A DNA stretch of 64,000 nt from Minisyncoccota bacterium (GTDB taxonomy: Bacteria; Patescibacteriota; Minisyncoccia; Phycocordibacterales; UBA9973): contig JAGOQI010000002.1 in NCBI GenBank assembly GCA_017991515.1, forward strand, positions 15,088-79,087, in the 5' to 3' direction. The position numbers were made by a program, and so were the translations under genes. Position 1 is the first letter of the stretch. Each line of letters begins with the position of its first letter. The notes beneath the pieces are model-generated. The model was not told the origin of the DNA and made no database searches. It was given only the letters and a program-made list of their open reading frames with translations. Of this stretch, positions 1 through 9,682 are shown piece by piece.

Positions 1-2
1 CT

Positions 3-242
3 AAGAAAGCAAAAGCAAGAATAGCTAAGATATCTATCCAGCGATATAAAGGTCTCGGAGAAATGAACGCCGATGAGCTTTGGGAAACAACTATGAATCC
101 TGCTAGTCGTATTTTGAAGCAAGTTCGTGTAGAAGACGCCGAAGAAGCAAATAAAGTTTTTGATACTTTAATGGGATCAGAAGTTGCTCCACGAAAAGCT
201 TTCATCCAGTCCAATGCCAAAATGGCAAATCTAGATATTTAA
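3..242 (+). CDS. gyrB: DNA gyrase subunit B, C-terminal fragment (5' part lies outside the window)
   Basis: Frame-3 translation ...[21 protein letters not shown]...KMANLDI* matches the conserved GyrB C-terminal tail; stop TAA at 240-242. Confidence 0.85.
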   Translation, partial: KKAKARIAKISIQRYKGLGEMNADELWETTMNPASRILKQVRVEDAEEANKVFDTLMGSEVAPRKAFIQSNAKMANLDI

Positions 243-281
243 AAAATTCCCGAAAGGGAATTTTTAATTTAAGACTTTTTA

Positions 282-476
282 TTATAAATGTTTTTTGATA
301 AGAGCTTTGATTTCGTTTATATGAGACTCTTTATCTTCCGCTAGTTTTTGCCAAAATACTTTTTCTTCTTCAGAGAGTGATTCGTTTAAATAATTGTTCT
401 GTATACGCCAAAGACTCTTTGATTCTTGGGTTAATTGGTGCATCAAGTTGTATGTATTATTTTGTTCCATATCCAA
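282..476 (-). CDS. hypothetical small protein (64 aa)
   Basis: ORF from the six-frame track, fits the gap between gyrB and the next gene; no recognisable motif. Confidence 0.3.
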   Translation of the reverse strand: MDMEQNNTYNLMHQLTQESKSLWRIQNNYLNESLSEEEKVFWQKLAEDKESHINEIKALIKKHL

Positions 477-533
477 ATTATATCATATTGACTTTAGGTA
501 TCATTAAGGTAGGATTTATATAAAAGTAAAGCC

Positions 534-878
534 ATGAAAATTCTAATTATTCACGGAGGACAATTAGATGAAAACCTAAAATCTGGTTTGATAAATAAAC
601 TTAATAACGGAGAAGGTTTAAGAATAAGAACATCAAAAATAGATTTTTTAAAAGAATTTTTTGAAGATTTTCCTAAAAATAGTGAAAAAATAAAACTTGT
701 TATTTTTGATTCAATTTCAGATACAAAGATAAAAGAAGTTTTAGAAATCTTTAAAAAAAATGAAGCCCCTTATTTATTAAGAGTAGGTCTTCCGCCAGAA
801 GACAGTTCTATTGTTGATGAAAATATTTTGTGCATCAACAGTTGGAACCCAGAAAAGTTTTTTATTCATCTAATTTAA
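534..878 (+). CDS. hypothetical protein (114 aa)
   Basis: Intact ORF in an otherwise empty interval; N-terminus MKILIIHGG is weakly reminiscent of a receiver or flavodoxin-like fold; no firm motif. Confidence 0.4.
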   Translation: MKILIIHGGQLDENLKSGLINKLNNGEGLRIRTSKIDFLKEFFEDFPKNSEKIKLVIFDSISDTKIKEVLEIFKKNEAPYLLRVGLPPEDSSIVDENILCINSWNPEKFFIHLI

Positions 879-910
879 AAAGATGAGCCTAATAGCTCAT
901 CTTTTGTCTT

Positions 911-2665
911 CTACAAATCTTTTCTATTTTTTATTTCTTCAAGAATTCTATTTTTGAAATCTTCTATATTTATTTGCTCAAGCTTCAAATCATTTCGCCC
1001 TTCTACTGTAACAGTCTTCGCGTCTCGCTCTTTATCTCCAATGACTATTTGGTAGGGGACTTTCTCCACTTTTGCTTTTCTGATTCTTTTGCCTAGTCCA
1101 TCTTGATTCCAAAGCTCTACGCGAACCCCTGCGTCTTTTAATACTTTTGTTATCTCTCCTGCGTACTCTTCATGCATTTCTCCAACAGGTAGAACTGCGA
1201 CTTGAAGAGGTGATAGCCAAATAGGAAAGGCGCCAGCATAGTGTTCTATAAGAAATGCCATTACTCTCTCTATTGCTCCTATAGAAGATCGGTGTACAAC
1301 AATAGGTTGTTTTTTTGTGCCGTCAGCGGCAGTATATTCTAGTTTAAATCTTTCAGGCATACAGAAGTCATATTGAACAGTGAAAGCAGTCTCTTCTTTC
1401 CCTCGAACATTTTTCATTTGAACATCAATTTTAGGTCCATAAAAAGCAGCTTCGTTTGGAGCCTCAACAAATTTACATTTTCTTTTTTCTAAAACTTCTC
1501 GCAAGAGTGCTTCTCCTTCGTCCCAAGCAGCATCATTTTTATAGTACTTTTCTGAATCAGTTCTGTCTCCAAGGGATAACCTATACGAATATTCAGATCC
1601 ACTTTTAAGACCAAATACATTTGCAACATACTCTATTAGGTCGAGTGCTTTAGAAACTTCATCTTGAGCTTGTTTTGCATCAGCGCATATTATATGAGCG
1701 TCAGCTAAACAAAAACCTCGGACTCTCATAAGACCAGAGAGCTCTCCAGAAGCTTCATATCGATAAAGTTTTGCTAGCTCAGCAATTCGGTATGGCAAAT
1801 CTCGGTAGCTTTTTGGGCTATCAGAAAAAAGCTCAAAGTGGTGAGGACAAGTCATCGGGCGGAGCATAAACTCTTCATCGTCTATAACTATAGGGGCATA
1901 CATACTTTCTTTATAGTACGGATAATGACCACTTTTTCTATAAAGATCTAGCTTAGCAATATCAGGAGTGTTTACATGTAAATAACCCCAATCAAGCTCT
2001 GTATCGACAATAAATCGCTCAAGTTCACGGCGAATAGTTGCTCCTTTTGGGAGCCAAATAGGAAGTCCTTGTCCAACAGTTTGTGAAAATGTAAAAAGAC
2101 CTAATTCTTTACCAAGTTTTCTATGATCTCTTTTATCGGCTTCTTCGCGCATATGAAGATAGTCTTCTAAATCTTTTTTAGACTCAAAGGCGAGTCCATA
2201 AATACGAGTGAGCATCGGATTCTTCTCACCTCCTCGCCAGTATGCTCCAGCAATACGGTCAAGCTTGAAACTCTCAGGATCTATAATACTGAGGTCATCA
2301 GTATGTCCACCGCGACACAGGTCGACGAAGTCGCCCATAGTATAGAGAGTTATTTTTTCACCTCGTTCTGAGATTTCATTTATCAATTCTTCTTTAAAAA
2401 TATTTCCCTTGTAGTATTCCAAAGCTTCTTCTTTTGAAAGTTCTTTATGTGTGACAGTTTTCCAAGAAGGAAGTATAGACTTCATTTTCTTTTCTATTTT
2501 TGGTAAGTCGTCACTACTTAAAGCAGAGGCAAATTTAACATCGTAATAAAAACCGTCATCAATAGCAGGTCCTAGGGTAAGTTGTGCATCTGGATAAAGC
2601 TCCATAACCGCAGCGCCTAGTAAATGGGCAAGGGAATGTCTTGTGTGTTCGAGATTCATATCCAA
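911..2665 (-). CDS. thrS: threonyl-tRNA synthetase
   Basis: 584 aa; HRKLGKELGLF motif and class II aaRS core typical of ThrRS; shorter than E. coli ThrS, so the N-terminal domain is reduced. Confidence 0.9.
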   Translation of the reverse strand: MDMNLEHTRHSLAHLLGAAVMELYPDAQLTLGPAIDDGFYYDVKFASALSSDDLPKIEKKMKSILPSWKTVTHKELSKEEALEYYKGNIFKEELINEISERGEKITLYTMGDFVDLCRGGHTDDLSIIDPESFKLDRIAGAYWRGGEKNPMLTRIYGLAFESKKDLEDYLHMREEADKRDHRKLGKELGLFTFSQTVGQGLPIWLPKGATIRRELERFIVDTELDWGYLHVNTPDIAKLDLYRKSGHYPYYKESMYAPIVIDDEEFMLRPMTCPHHFELFSDSPKSYRDLPYRIAELAKLYRYEASGELSGLMRVRGFCLADAHIICADAKQAQDEVSKALDLIEYVANVFGLKSGSEYSYRLSLGDRTDSEKYYKNDAAWDEGEALLREVLEKRKCKFVEAPNEAAFYGPKIDVQMKNVRGKEETAFTVQYDFCMPERFKLEYTAADGTKKQPIVVHRSSIGAIERVMAFLIEHYAGAFPIWLSPLQVAVLPVGEMHEEYAGEITKVLKDAGVRVELWNQDGLGKRIRKAKVEKVPYQIVIGDKERDAKTVTVEGRNDLKLEQINIEDFKNRILEEIKNRKDL

Positions 2666-2746
2666 AACTATACCACTGTTTTGAGCCTTATAAAAGCTGG
2701 TATTTTATTTGTCATTTCCAAGGTTATATAGTATGATGTTTCGCAT

Positions 2747-3010
2747 ATGGTAGTACGAATGAGACACACACGCAGTCACACTGCAAACCGAAGAAGTCAC
2801 CACGCCCTAAAGAGCCCAGCTCTTTCAAAGGACGCGAGTGGAACTCTGCATATCCGACACCGAGCGACCTTAGATGGTATGTACAAGGGTCGAAGTGTTA
2901 CTGGAGATCCTGTAAAGAAGGTTATGAAGAAGCAAGGTATTAAGACTACTAAAAAAGTAGCAAAGAAAGCTCCAGCTAAAAAGAAAGTAGTCAAAAAAGC
3001 TAAAAAATAA
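2747..3010 (+). CDS. rpmF: 50S ribosomal protein bL32 with a lysine-rich C-terminal extension
   Basis: RRSHHALKSPALSKDASGTLHIRHRATLDGMYKGRSV matches the L32 core; the true start may be the internal Met at 2759. Confidence 0.7.
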   Translation: MVVRMRHTRSHTANRRSHHALKSPALSKDASGTLHIRHRATLDGMYKGRSVTGDPVKKVMKKQGIKTTKKVAKKAPAKKKVVKKAKK

Positions 3011-3015
3011 AAACT

Positions 3016-3936
3016 ATGGCAAACCGCCACTTATCAAGATCTATTGTTCTTCAATCATTGTTCGAATGGGACTTCTCAAATAAAAAAGAAGATCTGAAAA
3101 GTGTTATAGATAAAAATACAGAAGAATTTGCACCAGGTCACTCTGATGGTCCTTTTATGTACGAGCTTGCTCAAACCGTGGAACGCAAACAACAAGTCAT
3201 AGACGATATTATTGTTAAGGCGGCACCAGATTGGCCACTTGAGAAGATTTCAAATGTGGATCGAAGCGTTCTTCGTATGGGCCTTGCTGAACTTCTCTTC
3301 GGAGATAGAGATCAAGTGCCACCAAAAGTAGCTATCAATGAAGCTATTGAACTAGCCAAAACATTTGGAGGAGAAAATAGTGGTAAGTTTGTAAATGGTG
3401 TTTTAGGTGCTGTTTACAAAGAAATAGGTGAACCAGGAAAAGATCAAGTTACAAAATCTAAATCTCCAAATAGTAAAAAACCAGAAAATTTTAATGAAGA
3501 AGATTTAACCAAACTTCCAATTAGTCGCAAGGCTGGTGCAGTTGTATATGCTATTAAAGATGAGAAAATACATGTTGCCTTAGTTCATGACGTTTTCGGC
3601 TACTGGACCCTTTCTAAGGGGAGTGTTGAAGAAGGAGAGAGTCTTGAACAGGGTGCTGCTCGTGAAATTAAAGAAGAAATAGGTTTAGATATCGAAGTTC
3701 AAGATAAATTAGGCGAAATAGAATATATAGCATATCACCCAACAGAAGGTAAAATTAGAAAACAGGTAACATTTTTCTTGGGTAAGTCTGAGTATAAAGA
3801 GCTTGAGCTTGAAAAGGGTACAGGCGGTCTCGATAGAGCTTCATGGTTCAAACCAGAAGAAGTTCTTGACTTAACAGTATATGATGATATATTGCCGTTA
3901 CTTGCGAAAGCGATTGAAATTATAAATAGTAAGTAG
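3016..3936 (+). CDS. nusB: transcription antitermination factor NusB fused to a C-terminal Nudix hydrolase domain
   Basis: N-terminal ~140 aa NusB fold (LAELLFGD...FVNGVLGAVYKE); C-terminal region carries a perfect Nudix box GSVEEGESLEQGAAREIKEEIGL (GX5EX7REUXEEXGU); one continuous 306-aa ORF. Confidence 0.8.
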   Translation: MANRHLSRSIVLQSLFEWDFSNKKEDLKSVIDKNTEEFAPGHSDGPFMYELAQTVERKQQVIDDIIVKAAPDWPLEKISNVDRSVLRMGLAELLFGDRDQVPPKVAINEAIELAKTFGGENSGKFVNGVLGAVYKEIGEPGKDQVTKSKSPNSKKPENFNEEDLTKLPISRKAGAVVYAIKDEKIHVALVHDVFGYWTLSKGSVEEGESLEQGAAREIKEEIGLDIEVQDKLGEIEYIAYHPTEGKIRKQVTFFLGKSEYKELELEKGTGGLDRASWFKPEEVLDLTVYDDILPLLAKAIEIINSK

Positions 3937-3999
3937 AGTCTAAAGTAGAGCGTCAGCATAGATATGCTACCTTCCACTTTATACTTTCAATATAAAAAT

Positions 4000-4689
4000 A
4001 TGAAAGATTTTAGTGAATTTGAGAAAAAAATAGGAATTACTTTTAAAGATCAAAATGTACTCCAACAAGCTTTTACGCACCGCTCATATATAAATGAAAA
4101 TCCAAAAAGCGGACTCTCTCACAATGAGCGCTTAGAGTTTTTGGGTGACGCAGTTTTAGAATTGGTTGTTACTGATTATTTATTTAATACTTATAAAGAT
4201 CATGCAGAAGGGGATTTGACTGCTTATAGAAGTGCTCTTGTGAATGCTGTTGTTGCAGCAGAAGTAGCGCAATCTTTAGATATGAATGAATATTTACTTC
4301 TTTCAAAAGGAGAAAGTAAAGATACAGGAAGAGCAAGACAAACAATATTAGCGAACGCTTATGAATCTTTCATTGGCGCTCTTTATCTTGATCAAGGCTA
4401 TGAAGTTTGTAATGTTTTTATCAAAAAAACATTAATACCAAAACTGACAGATATAATAAGTAAAAAATCTTGGCGTGATGCAAAAAGTCATATTCAAGAA
4501 GAAGCCCAAGAGCGTTTGGGTATAACTCCGAGTTATGAAGTAGTAGGACAACTCGGTCCAGACCATGATAAGTTTTTCACTGTAGGAATATATTTTGGAG
4601 AAAAGAAAATAGCTGAAGGGAAAGGTAGAAGTAAGCAAGAAGCTCAACAAGCCGCAGCTCAATCCGCACTTGAGAAAAAAGGTTGGTAG
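4000..4689 (+). CDS. rnc: ribonuclease III
   Basis: RNase III signature ERLEFLGDAVLELVV plus a C-terminal dsRBD; start moved to the internal Met (MKDFSEF), which is more plausible than the track start at 3964. Confidence 0.9.
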   Translation: MKDFSEFEKKIGITFKDQNVLQQAFTHRSYINENPKSGLSHNERLEFLGDAVLELVVTDYLFNTYKDHAEGDLTAYRSALVNAVVAAEVAQSLDMNEYLLLSKGESKDTGRARQTILANAYESFIGALYLDQGYEVCNVFIKKTLIPKLTDIISKKSWRDAKSHIQEEAQERLGITPSYEVVGQLGPDHDKFFTVGIYFGEKKIAEGKGRSKQEAQQAAAQSALEKKGW

Positions 4690-4760
4690 TACTTGACTTT
4701 TTCATATTTATGTAGTATAATTTACTAGAAATACATTAATTCAAAAATAAAATTTTTATT

Positions 4761-5258
4761 ATGAAAAAGTTCTTTTATATCTTATTTATTGTTGTTTTAT
4801 CTGTTACTTTTGCAAACGCTCAAACTGTTGAGCAGAAAAGCTTTATTGCCCAAATATTTCCGTCTTATATGCCGGAATATATTTTTCAAAATTCGGAAAT
4901 TATCCCAGTTGATGAAGCTTATGCCAAAGAGCATAAGAAAGATATTTACTGGCACAATGACCTTAAAGGATCCCTTTATCAGGGAAAGGTCAGAGTAGGA
5001 GATACTTTATTTGTTTTTAATGGGCAACCTTTTTTCTCAAAAGGACAAAATGTTTTTATGAATCCAGTTGAAAAAGAAAAAACAGTAAAGACAAAAAAGG
5101 TAAAAGCTCCTAAGGCCCCAAAGCAACCTAAAAGCCAAGAGCAAAAACAACAAGAAAAAGAGGTCTTGGTAAAGATTATCCAGACTGGAACTAATATCCT
5201 TACCACCAGAAAACAAATAGGTGGTTATAGCGGATCCAACTATAGGCTTGGATACTAA
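4761..5258 (+). CDS. secreted hypothetical protein with a lysine-rich C-terminal half
   Basis: N-terminal signal peptide MKKFFYILFIVVLSVTFANAQT; KxPK repeats. Confidence 0.5.
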   Translation: MKKFFYILFIVVLSVTFANAQTVEQKSFIAQIFPSYMPEYIFQNSEIIPVDEAYAKEHKKDIYWHNDLKGSLYQGKVRVGDTLFVFNGQPFFSKGQNVFMNPVEKEKTVKTKKVKAPKAPKQPKSQEQKQQEKEVLVKIIQTGTNILTTRKQIGGYSGSNYRLGY

Positions 5259-5376
5259 TTACTTTAAAGTGTTCTATGAAAATAGAACGCTTTTTTTATT
5301 TTACTTTTAGGTTTATAATTAGATAAGGAGGATATTCCTCCGATTGTATTATTAGCCTCATTTTAAAGACAGTATT

Positions 5377-5526
5377 ATGAAAAACAAAGGTAGTAGTTCA
5401 ACATCTATTTTAGTTATCATATTGTTGGTTATTACCGGATTTGTAGTTTGGTATATTACAAAAGAAGATGCTAAAGAAAAGTCGGACTCAGCCATAGAGA
5501 TGAATCTTGGCTCACAAGAAAACTAA
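5377..5526 (+). CDS. small membrane protein (49 aa)
   Basis: ORF MKNKGSSSTSILVIILLVITGFVVWYITKED... with one transmembrane helix; below the 60-aa cutoff of the track. Confidence 0.3.
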   Translation: MKNKGSSSTSILVIILLVITGFVVWYITKEDAKEKSDSAIEMNLGSQEN

Positions 5527-5553
5527 GTTTATAAGATTTAATAAATATAATTT

Positions 5554-5706
5554 ATGTTGTATACAATTGCCGTATTTTTAATTGTTTTATGGCTCTTGGG
5601 TGTAGTAGGAGTATTTGCGATAGGTAAGTTTATACATATATTACTTGTTATTGCTGTCATAATGTTTCTAGTTAGGCTTATCAAAGGACAAAATCCTATT
5701 AAGTAA
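5554..5706 (+). CDS. lmo0937-family small membrane protein (50 aa)
   Basis: MLYTIAVFLIVLWLLGVVGVFAIGKFIHILLVIAVIMFLVRLIKGQ is the characteristic sequence pattern of the lmo0937 / DUF5670 two-helix peptides; followed by an intrinsic terminator. Confidence 0.5.
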   Translation: MLYTIAVFLIVLWLLGVVGVFAIGKFIHILLVIAVIMFLVRLIKGQNPIK

Positions 5707-5712
5707 AATATC

Positions 5713-5742
5713 AAAAAATCCTCAAGCAATTGAGGATTTTTT
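5713..5742 (+). terminator. rho-independent terminator
   Basis: AAAAAATCCTCAAGCAATTGAGGATTTTTT: perfect hairpin followed by a T-run. Confidence 0.7.
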
Positions 5743-5757
5743 GATATACTTAACAAG

Positions 5758-8043
5758 ATGCGTTTGCAGAATATAGAAATATCTGGATTCAAGTCGTTTG
5801 CCAAAAAAGCAAACCTTTCTTTTAGCGCACCAGTAACTGCTGTTGTTGGGCCAAATGGTTCAGGTAAGAGTAATGTTGTTGAGGCATTTCGTTTTGTTCT
5901 AGGCGAACAATCTATGAAGAGCATGAGAGGAAAGAGTGGTTCTGATCTTATCTTTAAAGGAGGTGCTAATTCACCAAAACTCTCGAGAGCATCTGTCACT
6001 ATTACATTTGATAACTCTGACAAAGTCTTTGCCTTCCTGTCTGCGCAGGCAGGTCAAACTGGAGAAATAGCTTCTCCTGTACTTTTTGACACTGTGACAT
6101 TTTCTCGTGAACTTTTTGCCGATGGTACTAGCAAGTACTCTATGAATGGCACTGAAATAAAACTCAAACAAATGGTCGAGTTACTTTCTTCTGTAAATAT
6201 TGGTACCTCTAGTCACCATATCATTTCTCAGGGTGAAGCAGATGGGATATTGCGAGCTAATGCTAAAGATCGCCGGGGCATACTTGAAGATGCTTTGGGT
6301 CTTAAAATTTATCACCATCGTATTAGAGAAAGTGAATCAAAGCTGACTAAAACACTTGAGACTCTTAAAGAAGTTTCTTTGCTGAGGAGAGAGCTTGCTC
6401 CACATTTAAACTTTCTTAAAAAACAAGTTGAAAAGATAGAGAAGGGTAGAGTTATTAGAGACGAGCTAAAATCTGCGTTAGTCAGATTCCTTTCTACAGA
6501 AAAAGACCATCTTTCAAAAGAGGAAAATCGTATCAAAGAAGCAATGTCTTTGATACAAAATCAAAAATCTTCTTTAGAAAAACAATTATCAGATTTACCA
6601 GAGAAAAATGCAGACTCAGGATATGAAATCATTAAAGAAATAGAGAAACAAAAAAGCTTACTTATTTCTCTACAAGAAAAAAGAAGATCATTAGAGCAAA
6701 AAGTAGGTAGGTTTGAGGGTGCTATAGAAGCACACAGAAGTATTTCTCAGAGACAAAATAATAATGTCGCTCAAGGACCAAGCATCTCTTTTGCACCAAC
6801 AGAATACAATCAAATACTCTCTGACATTGAATTTTTTGTTTCTTCTATAAAAAATGCAAAAAGCCTTGAGTCTGTAAATGAAGCAATAATAAAACTTACT
6901 CCACTTATAGAAAGACTAAAAGCTCGAGCACCAGAAGATAAAAAGATAGACCAAATAAATACAGATATCCCAGATATTAGAGAAACGGTTTTGGAGCTGG
7001 AAGCCTTACAAAAAGAGCTTATACCTCTTATAAAACAAGAACAAGAAGCTTCTTTAAATATTGTTTCTCTAGAAAAACAAAGAGAACAAGCATTGTTGAC
7101 AAGTGCATCTTCTACAGAGTCTCGCTATAAACTCGGTAGCGATATTAAACAATGTGAAGCAGAACTTCAAATACTAGCTGTTACAAAAAGCGCTTTTATC
7201 CAAAGAAAAGAAAACTTTGATCAAGACATAAAAGAAGCTGCATTTTTATTTGGCCCAAGCTTTTTGCACGAATTACATACTTCTAATGCGGAAAATGATT
7301 TAGACACACACGATTTAAAAAGGTCTATAGATAGGCTTAAAATCAGATTAGAAGAACACAGTGGTATAGGTAATGATGTTGTGACTGAATACGAAAGTAC
7401 AAAAGAGCGTGATGCATTCTTAACTCGTGAACTTATCGACATAGAAACTAGTGTTAAAACATTAAGCTCTCTAATAGTCGATTTGAAAAAGGTTCTTGAT
7501 GAAAAATTTACAAAAGGTGTCGAAACTATTAATACTCGTTTTGGAGAATTTTTCAAAACTATGTTTGGAGGAGGAAGTGCTTTCTTATCTATCACTATTG
7601 AAAAAGGTAGAAAGAAAAAAACTGATGAAGACGATATAGGTAACTTTAATGAGGAAGACCTGCCTGCGCAGGCAGGAGAAGGTTTTGAAAGAGGGATAGA
7701 AGTACACGTGAATCTTCCAGAGAAAAAAGTCAAAGAACTCAACATGCTCTCAGGTGGAGAGCGATCTCTTGTTTCCATTGCGCTTCTCTTTGCTATTTCT
7801 CAAGTAAATCCGCCTCCATTTCTAGTACTCGACGAGACAGACGCTGCGCTAGACGAAGCAAACTCTCGGCGCTATGGAGATATGGTAGAGCGGCTCTCAG
7901 AGTACTCTCAGCTCATTGTGGTCACTCACAACCGCGAAACTATGTCCCGCGCCTCTGTGCTCTATGGTGTCACCCTCGGTTCAGACAGTGGTTCCAAACT
8001 CCTTTCTATCAAGTTTGACGAAGCAGTTAAAGTTGCGAAGTAA
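5758..8043 (+). CDS. smc: short SMC-like chromosome segregation ATPase (761 aa)
   Basis: N-terminal Walker A VVGPNGSGKSNV; C-terminal ABC signature LSGGERSLVSIALLFAI and Walker B LVLDETDAALD; long coiled-coil between them. Confidence 0.8.
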   Translation: MRLQNIEISGFKSFAKKANLSFSAPVTAVVGPNGSGKSNVVEAFRFVLGEQSMKSMRGKSGSDLIFKGGANSPKLSRASVTITFDNSDKVFAFLSAQAGQTGEIASPVLFDTVTFSRELFADGTSKYSMNGTEIKLKQMVELLSSVNIGTSSHHIISQGEADGILRANAKDRRGILEDALGLKIYHHRIRESESKLTKTLETLKEVSLLRRELAPHLNFLKKQVEKIEKGRVIRDELKSALVRFLSTEKDHLSKEENRIKEAMSLIQNQKSSLEKQLSDLPEKNADSGYEIIKEIEKQKSLLISLQEKRRSLEQKVGRFEGAIEAHRSISQRQNNNVAQGPSISFAPTEYNQILSDIEFFVSSIKNAKSLESVNEAIIKLTPLIERLKARAPEDKKIDQINTDIPDIRETVLELEALQKELIPLIKQEQEASLNIVSLEKQREQALLTSASSTESRYKLGSDIKQCEAELQILAVTKSAFIQRKENFDQDIKEAAFLFGPSFLHELHTSNAENDLDTHDLKRSIDRLKIRLEEHSGIGNDVVTEYESTKERDAFLTRELIDIETSVKTLSSLIVDLKKVLDEKFTKGVETINTRFGEFFKTMFGGGSAFLSITIEKGRKKKTDEDDIGNFNEEDLPAQAGEGFERGIEVHVNLPEKKVKELNMLSGGERSLVSIALLFAISQVNPPPFLVLDETDAALDEANSRRYGDMVERLSEYSQLIVVTHNRETMSRASVLYGVTLGSDSGSKLLSIKFDEAVKVAK
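6036..6055 (-). repeat. GC-rich palindromic element GACCTGCCTGCGCAGACAGG, copy inside smc
   Basis: Near-perfect 18-bp palindrome with core CTGCGCAG in AT-rich coding DNA; encodes FLSAQAGQ in-frame. Confidence 0.8.
7657..7676 (+). repeat. GC-rich palindromic element GACCTGCCTGCGCAGGCAGG, second copy inside smc
   Basis: Perfect 18-bp palindrome CCTGCCTGCGCAGGCAGG; encodes DLPAQAGE in-frame. Confidence 0.8.
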
Positions 8044-8085
8044 ATCAAAATTAGTTATAAATAAAGAAAAAGGAGGTTAATTTTT

Positions 8086-8280
8086 ATGAGTAATTTAAAT
8101 ACAAAGGAACCTCTTCAAGTAAAAGAGGTCTCCAGGTTGCCAGAGTGTAATTTTTGCAAAGAAGAAGCAAATATTCAAACTGCTGATGGTGGTATGGAGA
8201 TTAATTTATGTGGTTTAGATAATCACCCTGAATACGAAGACATACCAATGGTTAGTCTTGTTCTTGTAAAAGCTGAATAA
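8086..8280 (+). CDS. hypothetical small protein (64 aa)
   Basis: One of the few ORFs in the window with a strong SD-like AAGGAGG 8 nt upstream; bounded by a terminator downstream. Confidence 0.5.
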   Translation: MSNLNTKEPLQVKEVSRLPECNFCKEEANIQTADGGMEINLCGLDNHPEYEDIPMVSLVLVKAE

Positions 8281-8288
8281 AATAATTT

Positions 8289-8320
8289 ATCCCTTCGCTT
8301 TTTTACGAAGGGATTTTTTC
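8289..8320. terminator. bidirectional intrinsic terminator
   Basis: CCCTTCG...CGAAGGG hairpin flanked by an A-run on the left and a T-run on the right; sits between convergent genes. Confidence 0.6.
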
Positions 8321-9640
8321 TTTTATTAATTCCTCGAGCTTCATACCTCTTGAAGCTTTTACAAATATTGTTTTATTTTTTATATCTAATTTGTCGAAGT
8401 AATCTTTTGCGTCAGTGGTATTCTTATAAAACATAAAAGGGAAGTTGTCTTTTGATTGATAAAATCTTGGTCCAACAACTATTACAACATCTTTTTCCTC
8501 GCGTAATTTTTCTAGTAGATCTAATATTTCTTTGTGAACCATTTGTTCTTCTTCGCCCATCTCGAACATGTCTCCAGTTATAATAATCCTCTCGCCATTT
8601 TTAGTTTGCCTAAAGAAATCTTTCAAAGCAAGTTCCATACTAGAAGGATTTGCATTATAACAATCAAGTATTATTTTATAGTTTCCACCATTTATTATTT
8701 GAGACCTCTTTAGTGTTGGTTCATAAGAGGCTACAGCTTCTTGAATATCTTTAACATTTACATCAAAGTATTCTCCTACAGCAATAGCAGCTAGTATGTT
8801 TGGTTCATTATAAGAGCCGAAGAGGGAAGAAGAGAAATCTTGACCATCATAAGTAACACCCGCATAAAGTGAAGACTTACTATTAAAATCTTTTGATGGG
8901 TATATAACAGTTTCGTTATCTTTACTATCTTCGATAAGGTCAGAAATGTTTTTATTCACAAAAGTTTTTGCATTATTTTCTTGAGCCCAGTCATATATTT
9001 CTTTGTTTGCTTTTCTTACACCAGCGAGAGATCCAAAACCTTCTAAATGGTCAGCCCCATTGTTTGTAACCAAGACATAGGTCGGGGAGAATATGTTTAA
9101 TAATTTCGTATGTTCTTCTAAATGATTTGCCCCTATTTCTATAACAGCAATTTCGGTATCTAAAGGCATTGCAAGTATTGTTAAAGGTAAACCTATATCA
9201 TTATTAAAATTTCCTTTTGTTGTGTGAACTTTATATTTCTTTTGAAGGACAGCAGAGATTAATTCCTTTGTTGTTGTTTTCCCATTTGATCCACCGATAG
9301 CTATTATAGGAATAGAAAATTGCGAACGATGTATTTTTGCTAGTTCTTCCAAAGTTTCTCTGGTATTTTCTACAAAAAGAGATTTATTGATGTTTTTATT
9401 TTCTTCTAAATCAGTTATAGCGTAAAGAGCTCCTTTTTCTAAGGCTTGGCTAACAAACATATTTCCGTCGAAGTTTTCGCCTTTTATACCTATATAGATA
9501 TCGCCAGGAGACAGAGCTCTAGTATCTGTAGATATATTAAAAGATTTTTCAGATATTAGTTTATAGATTTCCTCTGGGTTCATTGTTACATTATGGTGTT
9601 TATTGTACTTTTTCGCAAAATTTTTCTTTATTATTGCCAA
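8303..9640 (-). CDS. murF: UDP-N-acetylmuramoyl-tripeptide--D-alanyl-D-alanine ligase
   Basis: Mur ligase P-loop GSNGKTTTKELI; N-terminal MurF-type motif IYIGIKGENFDGNMFVSQALEKGA; 445 aa. Confidence 0.75.
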   Translation of the reverse strand: MAIIKKNFAKKYNKHHNVTMNPEEIYKLISEKSFNISTDTRALSPGDIYIGIKGENFDGNMFVSQALEKGALYAITDLEENKNINKSLFVENTRETLEELAKIHRSQFSIPIIAIGGSNGKTTTKELISAVLQKKYKVHTTKGNFNNDIGLPLTILAMPLDTEIAVIEIGANHLEEHTKLLNIFSPTYVLVTNNGADHLEGFGSLAGVRKANKEIYDWAQENNAKTFVNKNISDLIEDSKDNETVIYPSKDFNSKSSLYAGVTYDGQDFSSSLFGSYNEPNILAAIAVGEYFDVNVKDIQEAVASYEPTLKRSQIINGGNYKIILDCYNANPSSMELALKDFFRQTKNGERIIITGDMFEMGEEEQMVHKEILDLLEKLREEKDVVIVVGPRFYQSKDNFPFMFYKNTTDAKDYFDKLDIKNKTIFVKASRGMKLEELIKEKIPS

Positions 9641-9682
9641 ATATCAAGAGTTGTTGTAGTATCACAAAAAAATTCTTTTATT

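Noticed and set aside
2797-3030. Minus-strand ORF 2797-3030
   Set aside because: Antisense to rpmF; low-complexity Phe/Leu translation of a lysine-codon-rich region.
5322-5336. Palindrome GGAGGATATTCCTCC as a regulatory SD-sequestering hairpin
   Set aside because: It is 40 nt from the nearest start codon, and the organism appears not to use SD sequences. It is probably incidental or a weak terminator for the upstream gene.
5538-6171. Minus-strand ORFs 5538-6023 and 5971-6171
   Set aside because: Antisense to the smc start and the lmo0937-family peptide; the plus-strand genes have clear motifs and terminators.
9593-9682. Track start of ORF 9593-10201 overlapping the murF start
   Set aside because: It would overlap murF by about 50 nt on the opposite strand. 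The internal Met at 9683 gives a cleaner gene.
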